Shown one piece after another: positions 38,150-51,600 of a DNA stretch of 64,000 nucleotides. The first letter of the stretch is position 1; each line of letters opens with the position of its first letter. The stretch comes from Eukaryota sp. GEM-RC1 (taxonomy: Eukaryota), in contig JAUFOQ010000010.1 in the NCBI GenBank assembly GCA_040285855.1, positions 1,736,001 through 1,800,000 on the forward strand. Reading direction: 5' to 3'. Position numbers and translations under genes: made by a program. Below the pieces are notes generated by a model, which saw only the letters and a list, made by a program, of their open reading frames with translations, was not told the DNA's origin and ran no database searches.

Positions 38150-41100
38150 GACCAGAGCGCTGGTCCAAAGAAGCAATGGAGCAATGATGAGTGTCGAGAA
38201 GGTCATCTGCATCAGTTTGCTTTGACAAACCACAGTCAATGACAAATTTGACCCCATCAATAGTCAAGGAAGATTCTGCTATATTGGTAGCAATGACAAT
38301 TTTAAATTGTTTTTTCGCTGGTTTAGCCACAGCTGCATCTTGTTGGACTGAATCCAGACTTGAATACAACGGATACACACCTGGCTTCTCAGAAGAAGCT
38401 GGGATGTATAGACCACCAGATCGACTGTTTTTCTGACTCTCAAACTCATTCTCAATAGTATTACTGAGAGTTGTAATTTCTGGACTTCCAGGAAGAAACA
38501 CGAGCAAAGTAAATCCTGTACATTCTGGTTCAAACAGGAAAAGTTTCTGAGACAGGGAGTAATGACAGAGACATAGTCGGGCTAACGCTTTGAAATTGAT
38601 ACTTTTATATGAAAGAGGATTACTGTATTGAGTGAAATAGTCGTAGTATGAGTTCACATTGAAGACAAAATAAGTGTAAATATCAATAAAATGATCGTTG
38701 AAAACCTGTTGAAGTGTAGGTTCAAAAATCGGAGTTATCACAAGTTTTGATATTAAGGGACTATAATGAAATTCATTTTGACGAACAAAATTCACATCAA
38801 GGACAATCAGTGGATTGGTTCTTCCAGCTGCATGGATAGTATAGGAGGGTTCGGTATCTAAATAATTTCCTTGTGTAAGGTAATTAAAACAAGGATTAGG
38901 TTTGTCCATAGTTGCCGAACAGATTACCACTCTCAATTTTGAATCAGTTTGGGAAATTATTCTCATTTGTGCTAATAAAATGTCAATGTCACATTTTCTT
39001 TCATGAACTTCATCCACCATGATAGTTGCAAATCGAGACAGATTGCTATTGTTTGTCAGAAATTTAGAAGTGAAGGCTGCGGTTTGAACTTCGATAAATC
39101 TTGGTGAATGTACTGGAATGTTCGTATTCTTGTTGCCTGTTCGGTATCCAGACAGAGGAAAATCACTATGACATAAATCATTGATAAAATCGGAGAGTTT
39201 TGTGGCTGGTAGAACTCTAGGTTGACACACAATGATTGGTTTCAAAGTAAACATAACCACAACAACACCAGTTAAGACAGATTTCCCGGAACCTGTTTGA
39301 CCAGAAACAATAAACGGAATAATATTGTTGTCTTTGACATGATTTTGACCAATAACACGAAACAATTGATAAAAAGTGTCTTTTCCTTCATTAACAAATG
39401 CAATACGGCAGTTACGTGCTTTTGAAATCAACTGAAAGCAAGAAAACACCAAGTCGAAGTAGGCGTCATTACTGTCAACAGTATGATTCCACTGTTCATT
39501 TAGTGTCAAAATTTCAAGAATTTGTGTTAGTAAATCACTTTCGCGGACATAAGATTTCAAATGTGCTAATTTAGAGCATACTTTAGGAAAATCAATTGAT
39601 GTAAATTCCGACGTTGGTTCCTCTGGTGAAGCCACAGTTGCAGTGCTTGGGAAACTGTAAACATAGCGGGCAGGTCGTTTCCATTGAAGGTAATGATCTA
39701 ACAACATCTTGTAATAACTATGATTGGGCGCCAAACATGACAATGAGACTAAGTATTCCATTGCCTGTAAACAGAAAGACATTAAAGAGAGATCTTTTTT
39801 TTCATTTGAATGGTAATGGGCACAAAATGACAGTTGGAACATGAGCATGCTCATAGTTTCAATTTTGTTTTCGAAAAAATCTTGATATACAGTAAACTGA
39901 TGTCGGTAAACTTCTTTCCGTTCTACAACTTGTTTAGTTTCAGGGTCTTTAATTTCGACAATGCGGCTTTCTTCATCTGTATCCACAAAAGTATAGTGCT
40001 CGAGAAAATGACAAAAGTTAAAAAATCTTGAAAGTAATTGAGAAGTGTATGACGAATCTCTGATATTATTAAAATCATCCCACAAAATACTAAGAGAAGT
40101 TTGATTATATAGATTATCAAATTCGTCATCATTTAAAGGATCGTCTGTAGGATCGTCAGTATGTTCAAAATCAGAATCTTTGACATCAACATCAGGTTTT
40201 TTGGGGGCTTCTTTTCAATTAATTCAATAACATGAGCAATATCAAAGATTAACATTTTGAGTTTATAACCAGCTTTTGACTTTGCGAACTTTTCAATCAC
40301 TTTTTGGTTTTCTTTGAACATTTCCAAAGTAAAATGATTATTCGTACGATCATACACTTGAAGGTTGAGTTTCTTCTCATCCACAACAAATTGCAGATGG
40401 AGCATTGTTAATAAAATGTCCAGCATAACCTCAGGACGTACCAAAACTTTAGGGTTGATATTTTGATACAAGGATGTGATACTTAATGAAACATCACTAA
40501 GTCTAAAAGTTTGGAAGGGACAATCATTATAACTGTGACCAGGAAGAAGGCAGAAGAGACATGGAGCAATAAAAAGGCAAAACGATTCACGAAAAGAAGG
40601 TTGTTTTTGAGGACAATGGGGAGAAATCTCATATTTGAATCCAAGAGGCATAATCGGTAAACTCACAGTAGATTCTCGATTAGGGTCACACAATTGACAC
40701 CAATATTTATGGAGGGATTCCAACGCTCCATCATAACTGAGCAAGTAATGATTAGCATCTTGTTGACATTCAATCAACTCCGATTCATAGTGTTTGGCCA
40801 TGATGTAATTTTCAATTCTCCAATTACTTGGCGTGTCACCAGGTTTACAACACTCTTGCATAATTTGGGCCAGGAACGAGCGTCGTGATTCATTGTCTGG
40901 ATTGGGAATGACATCTGGAGCGAGATCAGTTAAGTTTTCGGATTCATCTATAAAAACATGATTCATACATGAACAAACTTGGAAACCAGGTGTTCTTCCA
41001 GATCTTAGCACTGGATGGGCAAAAGTTTCATGTGGAATACGGCAGTAACGATGCAATATGCCCATGTGGTATTTAGTTCTTTGATTATGTTTCTTTTGTT

Positions 41101-41836
41101 TTAGCTGAGTTTCTTCTGTTGGCGGTTCTTCTGTTAGAGTTTCTTCTGTTAGAGTTTCTTCTGTTAGAGTTTCTTCTGTTGGCAGTTCTTCTGGTAGCGT
41201 TTCTGGCAGAGATGGAGGAGGCGATGGTGACACAGAAGTTCTTCTGGGTCTCTTTACTTCTGGCGATGGTAAACGATTATGGGGACCTGGATTCTGTTCA
41301 ACGTCTCCATCGATAGAGAGATCACGTTTCCATGATGTTGACGAGAGGATAGAGCACAGAATAAGCGGAGACGACATCTTAGGACGAGGAGGGAAGCACG
41401 TATCCACACATTTCTTCAACCCACCATCCATATCCCGTGACCGTGCTATGGAAACAGTGTTTGGGTGATGTGATGAAGCAATGGCGGATGTGGACGAGAG
41501 GATAGAGCACAGAATAAGAGGAGACGACATCTTAGGACGAGGAGGGAAGCACGTATCCACACATTTCTTCAACCCACCATCCATATCCCGTGACCGTGCT
41601 ATGGAAACAGTGTTTGGATGATGAGATGAAGCAATGGCGGATGTGGACGAGAGGATAGAGCACAGAATAAGAGGAGACGACATCTTAGGACGAGGAGGGA
41701 AGCACGTATCCACACATTTCTTCAACCCACCATCCATATCCCGTGACCGTGCTATGGAAACAGTGTTTGGATGATGAGATGAAGCAATGGCGGATGTGGA
41801 CGAGGCGAGGGGTGTTAGCAGTATAATAGAAGACAT
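38150..41836 (-). pseudogene. Truncated inverted copy of the 2A-DEAH helicase polyprotein gene (ends inside motif VI, DQRSG|)
   Basis: Mirror of 48659-52346; homology stops at 38150 before RAGR. Confidence 0.85.
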
Positions 41837-41999
41837 TGGAGTGGGAAAATTATGGAGCTGTAAACAACTATACTGTACAGATAGAACAAGGAATTCTCAT
41901 GACTTCACAAATACATTTACAAGGATCGTTTTGTGTACACTTGTATTTTCTCTTAGATACAAGTAGAACAATTTATTACTGTGCGTTTATTCTAAATAT

Positions 42000-43697
42000 T
42001 TATTGTAAAGAATGATGTTGATAAAGTAAAACATAACCATTTAAAGAAATCTCAGTTAATACTGTCTGTTCGTCTACACCTTTCTTGCAATCACTATTGG
42101 TATCATGTAACCACCAAGAACCTTCTTTTTCCTTTGCATATGTCACACAGTGACCGTCAGCAAGGGAATCGTAATGACAGATCGCAGACAGCAGTCTGTA
42201 TGTGTATTTTTCTTCAACACTACTTTTGGTCTTGGTTGACACTTTGGCGGTTGAGGTTCGACTGGTACTTCTTTCCCAATCACCACCTCTAACAAAATGC
42301 TGACTCCCACACTTTCTTTCATTTTCATTAGAAATGTCAAAGACAGACAATTCTTCTGATGTTGGATAATGAGACAATGTGTAAATGTCCTTAAGTGGCA
42401 GTTGTGAGTTGATTTCATTGGTAGGGGAAAACTCAATCGATTCTGAACCCATCTGTCCTTCAGAAGACAGGAATAGATAGAGTGATAGATTTGAAGAAAT
42501 AGTAACTGGTTGAGGATGTCCAGTCAGTCTAATGATAAGAGCTTTTGGAAGAGAAGCAAAAGTTTCAGTAATTTCTGATTTTTGTTCAGGACAAGTAGCA
42601 CAAATTATTTCTTTTCGAAAAGGTAGATGAGCTTGCAACAATGATTCGAGATCGGTTGGTCTAGAAGGATACCGCCTTTGGATACTTTCCTGGTTAATAT
42701 CCAAGGCGAAGTGAATTTTAGATGTCGGATTAGTCCCACACCAAGAACATTTTGTTGTTGTTTTAATACAGAAACAAAATGCATTAACAGCACAAGAATG
42801 CTTTAATTTTTGAGTTATCAACAATTGATCTAAATCTTGCTGAAGTGATGATTTGACATCTAACTGAGTCTGAACTTTTTTTGGTGATGGTTTCTCATCT
42901 AAATCATATCCATAATATTGGAAGTCTGTAGTATCAGTTTCTTCTGATTCAGACTGTGGTTCAAATTTTTGACAAAGAGTGTAATTCATCATTTGATGAA
43001 GATGGCAAGATGGTGCGGAATTCCTTGTCAAGTGTTTTTAAAAGTTTGGCAAGGAAATTGAAAGGATCGTGTTGACCCGCCGCAAAACAGGATAAATGTC
43101 AGCGATTTGCGCACGAACACCTTCAATATCTTTCGTATAAAAACAATTGAAGAGAGGAGTAGCAGAAGTATCAAAATCTAGTTCTATGAAATGATTTACA
43201 TTGAGTTCGAAGAAACGTTCAATGTGACGTATAATAAAATGGATAACTGAATAGACATAACAACAATCAGATGAAGTAGAAATTGAAGGAGTAGTAGTTT
43301 TAATAGGAATAGCAAGAGCCTCGTTAACTGTTTTAGTCAAACTGGAAAGAGAAGAAGGGGATACAATCAGGTTATGAGATGAGAGGGTGGTTTTTACGAT
43401 GAAAGATATCACGTCGCTAATACACTGTGTATCTTCAAGGGGAGTGATTGCACGAAGATTAGAGGATGATGTTAAGCTGAAAAGGAACTTTGTTTGTGCA
43501 ACGTCTGATGTTACAAGAACGAGATTGAAATGGTATTGAATATGTCCATTATACACTACGACAATGAAGAAGTCGCCCGCAGTGTCTTGGACGATGACAA
43601 TTTCAACATCTGTAACTTCCGCAGGAATGTCATTTACGAAGTCTAGTTGCATCTGTTGTTTGGGAAAACGTTGGCGGACACGGAATGATGTTGACAT
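42000..43697 (-). CDS. USP-like (peptidase C19) deubiquitinase, inverted copy, frameshifted
   Basis: Mirror of 46798-48495; His box YRLLSAICHYDSLADGHCVTYAKEKEGSWWLHD. Confidence 0.75.
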
Positions 43698-46600
43698 GTT
43701 TGTGCAGAGAGGAAAATTTATGTCCTAGTCTATTATTACAACAAAGATTCCATTTTTGACTTTCAATCAATACAATAGGGTGGGTTTATTCATTCCGTGA
43801 TGAATTTGTCATTCACGAGGATTAATGTTTTACTATAACTAACTAATACAGGATTAATAAAGGAACCAGTGAAGTAGAAATTGAAGGAGTAGTAGTTTTA
43901 ACAGAAATAGCAAGAGCCTCGTTAACTGTTTCAGTTAGTCTGTTGCTGGGTTGAGTACAAACAAAGGATGGCCCAGAACAATGAGCCTTAACTTTATTAA
44001 TTATCTTGTGACTGGTTCTTTTCATGATGAGAACTACAGATTTACTTGAAGATACTAAAACAATTTTTTAGTAACGAAAAGTTTAAATCAAAAACATTCT
44101 GTATGAAGAGTTTCGACAACGTCGTTGTCTATATTCAACGTTCCAATGGCAAGTTTTTGATTCATGTGAAAATCTGGATCACCATATTGGAGAGCAAATC
44201 TGTGGACCAAGTTTTGTTCACTTCGTTCTTTTCTTGAATACTGGGTAAGGCGTCTACGTCTAAAAATTTCTCTTCATAGAAACAAGCATTGAAAGTTTTT
44301 GGAACTGAATCATTTGTAATTAAAACTTTTTGTAACTCAAATACAACTGCACTTGTTGATAAACAGTAGATTTTCAACCTCCACTGCCGTAGCTTTGATG
44401 ATACAGCCTCCCTATCCTTATCTAACTCAACTCGAGACTGACTCCATTGCAGGGTTTCGGGTTCAGTTGAGGTGACAGGTTTGACAGTAGTGAACTAACA
44501 AATTCGGATTCTTCAATAGTTGAGAGTTGTTTTAGCAAAGGAAACATACATTAGAATCTTCCATATCCACGAAACGTGAAACTAAAGATCTTAGTTCATT
44601 TAAATATCGCTCTAGTTTTTTCAAAAAAACTAATTTAGATAAACAAATCGTAAAAAGACAGAAAAGTTGTACGAGAGCAACGAATGAACGACATTCTCCA
44701 CTGTTATTCTCAGAACTCATGACATCATTCCATTGTTTTGAACGTGTGTTTTACAATTTTATACACGTTTTTTCTTTCTTGAAAATCATTATCACATAAA
44801 TCATTGATAAAATCGGAGAGTTTTGTGGCTGGTAGAACTATGTGCTTGGGAAACTGTAAACATAGCGGGCAGGTCGTTTCCATTGAAGGTAATGATCCAA
44901 CAACGCCGTGTAATGACTATGATTGGACGCCAAACATGACAATGAGACTAAGTATTCCATTGCCTGGAAACAGAAAGACATTAAAGAGAGATCTTTTTTT
45001 CATTTGAATGGTAATGGAGTTGATTTCTCCCGCAGTCTTGGATTGAGAAGTCCCAGTATGAAAGGCCTTATTACTTTATGCAAAATTCTGTCTATTAACA
45101 GGACAGTGATTGATCTGGATATCTCCCAACTTAATTAATATTGAAAGTCACATTTTCTGTTTTTCACCAACGAATTTTGTTCCCAAAGAAGCGGGGGTGG
45201 CAGGTTTTGAAGAGGTGATGTATATGACATAAAGACCATTTACATCTGTTGATCTACTCTACTTCTGAATTGTATAGAGGAACGAAGATACTAGTAAACC
45301 TGCCACCCCCGCTTCTTTGGGAACAAAATTCGTTGGTGAAAACAGAAAATGTGACTTTCAATATCAATTAAGTTGGGAGATATCCAGATCAATCACTGTC
45401 CTGTTAATAGACAGAATTTTGCATAAAGTAATAAGGCCTTTCATACTGGGACTTCTCAATCCAAGACTGCGGGAGAAATCAACTCCATTACCATTCAAAT
45501 GAAAAAAAAGATCTCTTTAATGTCTTTCTGTTTCCAGGCAATGGAATACTTAGTCTCATTGTCATGTTTGGCGTCCAATCATAGTCATTACACGGCGTTG
45601 TTAGATCATTACCTTCAATGGAAACGACCTGCCCGCTATGTTTACAGTTTCCCAAGCACATAGTTCTACCAGCCACAAAACTCTCCGATTTTATCAATGA
45701 TTTATGTGATAATGATTTTCAAGAAAGAAAAAACGTGTATAAAATTGTAAAACACACGTTCAAAACAATGGAATGATGTCATGAGTTCTGAGAATAACAG
45801 TGGAGAATGTCGTTCATTCGTTGCTCTCGTACAACTTTTCTGTCTTTTACGATTTGTTTATCTAAATTAGTTTTTGAAAAACTAGAGCGATATTTAAATG
45901 AACTAAGATCTTTAGTTTCACGTTTCGTGGATATGGAAGATTCTAATGTATGTTTCCCTTTGCCAAAACAACTCTCAACCATTGAAGAATCCGAATTTGT
46001 TAGTTCACTACTGTCAAACCTGTCACCTCAACTGAACCCGAAACCCTGCAATGGAGTCAGTCTCGAGTTGAGTTAGATAAGGATAGGGAGGCTGTATCAT
46101 CAAAGCTACGGCAGTGGAGGTTGAAAATCTACTGTTTATCAACAAGTGCAGTTGTATTTGAGTTACAAAAGTTTTAATTACAACTGATTCAGTTCCAAAA
46201 ACTTTCAAGGCTTGTTTCTATGAAGAGAAATTTTTAGACGTAGACGCCTTACCCAGTATTCAAGAAAAGAACGAAGTGAACAAAACTTGGTCCACAGATT
46301 TGCTCTCCAATATGGTGATCCAGATTTTCACATGAATCAAAAACTTGCCATTGAACGTTGAATATAGACAACGACGTTGTCGAAACTCTTCATACAGAAT
46401 GTTTTTGATTTAAACTTTTCGTTACTAAAAAATTGTTTTAGTATCTTCAAGTAAATCTGTAGTTCTCATCATGAAAAGAACCAGTCACAAGATAATTAAT
46501 AAAGTTAAGGCTCATTGTTCTGGGCCATCCTTTGTTTGTACTCAACCCAGCAACAGACTAACTGAAACAGTTAACGAGGCTCTTGCTATTTCTGTTAAAA

Positions 46601-46797
46601 CTACTACTCCTTCAATTTCTACTTCACTGGTTCCTTTATTAATCCTGTATTAGTTAGTTATAGTAAAACATTAATCCTCGTGAATGACAAATTCATCACG
46701 GAATGAATAAACCCACCCTATTGTATTGATTGAAAGTCAAAATGGAATCTTTGTTGTAATAATAGACTAGGACATAAATTTTCCTCTCTGCACAAAC

Positions 46798-48495
46798 ATG
46801 TCAACATCATTCCGTGTCCGCCAACGTTTTCCCAAACAACAGATGCAACTAGACTTCGTAAATGACATTCCTGCGGAAGTTACAGATGTTGAAATTGTCA
46901 TCGTCCAAGACACTGCGGGCGACTTCTTCATTGTCGTAGTGTATAATGGACATATTCAATACCACTTCAATCTCGTTCTTGTAACATCAGACGTTGCACA
47001 AACAAAGTTCCTTTTCAGCTTAACATCATCCTCTAATCTTCGTGCAATCACTCCCCTTGAAGATACACAGTGTATTAGCGACGTGATATCTTTCATCGTA
47101 AAAACCACCCTCTCATCTCATAACCTGATTGTATCCCCTTCTTCTCTTCCAGTTTGACTAAAACAGTTAACGAGGCTCTTGCTATTCCTGTTAAAACTAC
47201 TACTCCTTCAATTTCTACTTCATCTGATTGTTGTTATGTCTATTCAGTTATCCATTTTATTATACGTCACATTGAACGTTTCTTCGAACTCAATGTAAAT
47301 CATTTCATAGAACTAGATTTTGATACTTCTGCTACTCCTCTCTTCAATTGTTTTTATACGAAAGATATTGAAGGTGTTCGTGCGCAAATCGCTGACATTT
47401 ATCCTGTTTTTGCGGCGGGTCAACACGATCCTTTCAATTTCCTTGCCAAACTTTTTAAAAACACTTGACAAGGAATTCCGCACCATCTTGCCATCTTCAT
47501 CAAATGATGAATTACACTCTTTGTCAAAAATTTGAACCACAGTCTGAATCAGAAGAAACTGATACTACAGACTTCCAATATTATGGATATGATTTAGATG
47601 AGAAACCATCACCAAAAAAAGTTCAGACTCAGTTAGATGTCAAATCATCACTTCAGCAAGATTTAGATCAATTGTTGATAACTCAAAAATTAAAGCATTC
47701 TTGTGCTGTTAATGCATTTTGTTTCTGTATTAAAACAACAACAAAATGTTCTTGGTGTGGGACTAATCCGACATCTAAAATTCACTTCGCCTTGGATATT
47801 AACCAGGAAAGTATCCAAAGGCGGTATCCTTCTAGACCAACCGATCTCGAATCATTGTTGCAAGCTCATCTACCTTTTCGAAAAGAAATAATTTGTGCTA
47901 CTTGTCCTGAACAAAAATCAGAAATTACTGAAACTTTTGCTTCTCTTCCAAAAGCTCTTATCATTAGACTGACTGGACATCCTCAACCAGTTACTATTTC
48001 TTCAAATCTATCACTCTATCTATTCCTGTCTTCTGAAGGACAGATGGGTTCAGAATCGATTGAGTTTTCCCCTACCAATGAAATCAACTCACAACTGCCA
48101 CTTAAGGACATTTACACATTGTCTCATTATCCAACATCAGAAGAATTGTCTGTCTTTGACATTTCTAATGAACATGAAAGAAAGTGTGGGAGTCAGCATT
48201 TTGTTAGAGGTAGTGATTGGGAAAGAAGTACCAGTCGAACCTCAACCGCCAAAGTGTCAACCAAGACCAAAAGTAGTGTTGAAGAAAAATACACATACAG
48301 ACTGCTGTCTGCGATCTGTCATTACGATTCCCTTGCTGACGGTCACTGTGTGACATATGCAAAGGAAAAGAAGGTTCTTGGTGGTTACATGATACCAATA
48401 GTGATTGCAAGAAAGGTGTAGACGAACAGACAGTATTAACTGAGATTTCTTTAAATGGTTATGTTTTACTTTATCAACATCATTCTTTACAATAA
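46798..48495 (+). CDS. USP-like (peptidase C19) deubiquitinase, ~565 codons after correcting 1-nt shifts
   Basis: Cys box DCCYVYSVIHFI, GQHDPFNFL, CxxC pairs (CSWC, CATC), LPKALIIRL, His box HY...GHCVTY..W..D, final GYVLLY. Confidence 0.75.
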
Positions 48496-48658
48496 ATATT
48501 TAGAATAAACGCACAGTAATAAATTGTTCTACTTGTATCTAAGAGAAAATACAAGTGTACACAAAACGATCCTTGTAAATGTATTTGTGAAGTCATGAGA
48601 ATTCCTTGTTCTATCTGTACAGTATAGTTGTTTACAGCTCCATAATTTTCCCACTCCA

Positions 48659-51600
48659 ATGTCTTCTATTATACTGCTAACACCCCTCGCCTCGTCCACA
48701 TCCGCCATTGCTTCATCTCATCATCCAAACACTGTTTCCATAGCACGGTCACGGGATATGGATGGTGGGTTGAAGAAATGTGTGGATACGTGCTTCCCTC
48801 CTCGTCCTAAGATGTCGTCTCCTCTTATTCTGTGCTCTATCCTCTCGTCCACATCCGCCATTGCTTCATCTCATCATCCAAACACTGTTTCCATAGCACG
48901 GTCACGGGATATGGATGGTGGGTTGAAGAAATGTGTGGATACGTGCTTCCCTCCTCGTCCTAAGATGTCGTCTCCTCTTATTCTGTGCTCTATCCTCTCG
49001 TCCACATCCGCCATTGCTTCATCACATCACCCAAACACTGTTTCCATAGCACGGTCACGGGATATGGATGGTGGGTTGAAGAAATGTGTGGATACGTGCT
49101 TCCCTCCTCGTCCTAAGATGTCGTCTCCGCTTATTCTGTGCTCTATCCTCTCGTCAACATCATGGAAACGTGATCTCTCTATCGATGGAGACGTTGAACA
49201 GAATCCAGGTCCCCATAATCGTTTACCATCGCCAGAAGTAAAGAGACCCAGAAGAACTTCTGTGTCACCATCGCCTCCTCCATCTCTGCCAGAAACGCTA
49301 CCAGAAGAACTGCCAACAGAAGAAACTCTAACAGAAGAAACTCTAACAGAAGAAACTCTAACAGAAGAACCGCCAACAGAAGAAACTCAGCTAAAACAAA
49401 AGAAACATAATCAAAGAACTAAATACCACATGGGCATATTGCATCGTTACTGCCGTATTCCACATGAAACTTTTGCCCATCCAGTGCTAAGATCTGGAAG
49501 AACACCTGGTTTCCAAGTTTGTTCATGTATGAATCATGTTTTTATAGATGAATCCGAAAACTTAACTGATCTCGCTCCAGATGTCATTCCCAATCCAGAC
49601 AATGAATCACGACGCTCGTTCCTGGCCCAAATTATGCAAGAGTGTTGTAAACCTGGTGACACGCCAAGTAATTGGAGAATTGAAAATTACATCATGGCCA
49701 AACACTATGAATCGGAGTTGATTGAATGTCAACAAGATGCTAATCATTACTTGCTCAGTTATGATGGAGCGTTGGAATCCCTCCATAAATATTGGTGTCA
49801 ATTGTGTGACCCTAATCGAGAATCTACTGTGAGTTTACCGATTATGCCTCTTGGATTCAAATATGAGATGCCTCCCCATTGTCCTCAAAAACAACCTTCT
49901 TTTCGTGAATCGTTTTGCCTTTTTATTGCTCCATGTCTCTTCTGCCTTCTTCCTGGTCACAGTTATAATGATTGTCCCTTCCAAACTTTTAGACTTAGTG
50001 ATGTTTCATTAAGTATCACATCCTTGTATCAAAATATCAACCCTAAAGTTTTGGTACGTCCTGAGGTTATGCTGGACATTTTATTAACAATGCTCCATCT
50101 GCAATTTGTTGTGGATGAGAAGAAACTCAACCTTCAAGTGTATGATCGTACGAATAATCATTTTACTTTGGAAATGTTCAAAGAAAACCAAAAAGTGATT
50201 GAAAAGTTCGCAAAGTCAAAAGCTGGTTATAAACTCAAAATGTTAATCTTTGATATTGCTCATGTTATTGAATTAATTGAAAAAGAAGCCCCCAAAAAAC
50301 CTGATGTTGATGTCAAAGATTCTGATTTTGAACATACTGACGATCCTACAGACGATCCTTTAAATGATGACGAATTTGATAATCTATATAATCAAACTTC
50401 TCTTAGTATTTTGTGGGATGATTTTAATAATATCAGAGATTCGTCATACACTTCTCAATTACTTTCAAGATTTTTTAACTTTTGTCATTTTCTCGAGCAC
50501 TATACTTTTGTGGATACAGATGAAGAAAGCCGCATTGTCGAAATTAAAGACCCTGAAACTAAACAAGTTGTAGAACGGAAAGAAGTTTACCGACATCAGT
50601 TTACTGTATATCAAGATTTTTTCGAAAACAAAATTGAAACTATGAGTATGCTCATGTTCCAACTGTCATTTTGTGCCCATTACCATTCAAATGAAAAAAA
50701 AGATCTCTCTTTAATGTCTTTCTGTTTACAGGCAATGGAATACTTAGTCTCATTGTCATGTTTGGCGCCCAATCATAGTTATTACAAGATGTTGTTAGAT
50801 CATTACCTTCAATGGAAACGACCTGCCCGCTATGTTTACAGTTTCCCAAGCACTGCAACTGTGGCTTCACCAGAGGAACCAACGTCGGAATTTACATCAA
50901 TTGATTTTCCTAAAGTATGCTCTAAATTAGCACATTTGAAATCTTATGTCCGCGAAAGTGATTTACTAACACAAATTCTTGAAATTTTGACACTAAATGA
51001 ACAGTGGAATCATACTGTTGACAGTAATGACGCCTACTTCGACTTGGTGTTTTCTTGCTTTCAGTTGATTTCAAAAGCACGTAACTGCCGTATTGCATTT
51101 GTTAATGAAGGAAAAGACACTTTTTATCAATTGTTTCGTGTTATTGGTCAAAATCATGTCAAAGACAACAATATTATTCCGTTTATTGTTTCTGGTCAAA
51201 CAGGTTCCGGGAAATCTGTCTTAACTGGTGTTGTTGTGGTTATGGTTACTTTGAAACCAATCATTGTGTGTCAACCTAGAGTTCTACCAGCCACAAAACT
51301 CTCCGATTTTATCAATGATTTATGTCATAGTGATTTTCCTCTGTCTGGATACCGAACAGGCAACAAGAATACGAACATTCCAGTACATTCACCAAGATTT
51401 ATCGAAGTTCAAACCGCAGCCTTCACTTCTAAATTTCTGACAAACAATAGCAATCTGTCTCGATTTGCAACTATCATGGTGGATGAAGTTCATGAAAGAA
51501 AATGTGACATTGACATTTTATTAGCACAAATGAGAATAATTTCCCAAACTGATTCAAAATTGAGAGTGGTAATCTGTTCGGCAACTATGGACAAACCTAA

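Noticed and set aside
43843..46653. Small ORFs at the palindrome centre as genes
   Set aside because: They are chance readings across the collage of gene fragments, often out of frame with their donors
48691..49160. Leader repeats as a CRISPR-like array (minus strand contains ...ctatggaaac)
   Set aside because: Units are whole tandem duplicates with identical intervening sequence, in frame in an ORF; no unique spacers, no cas genes
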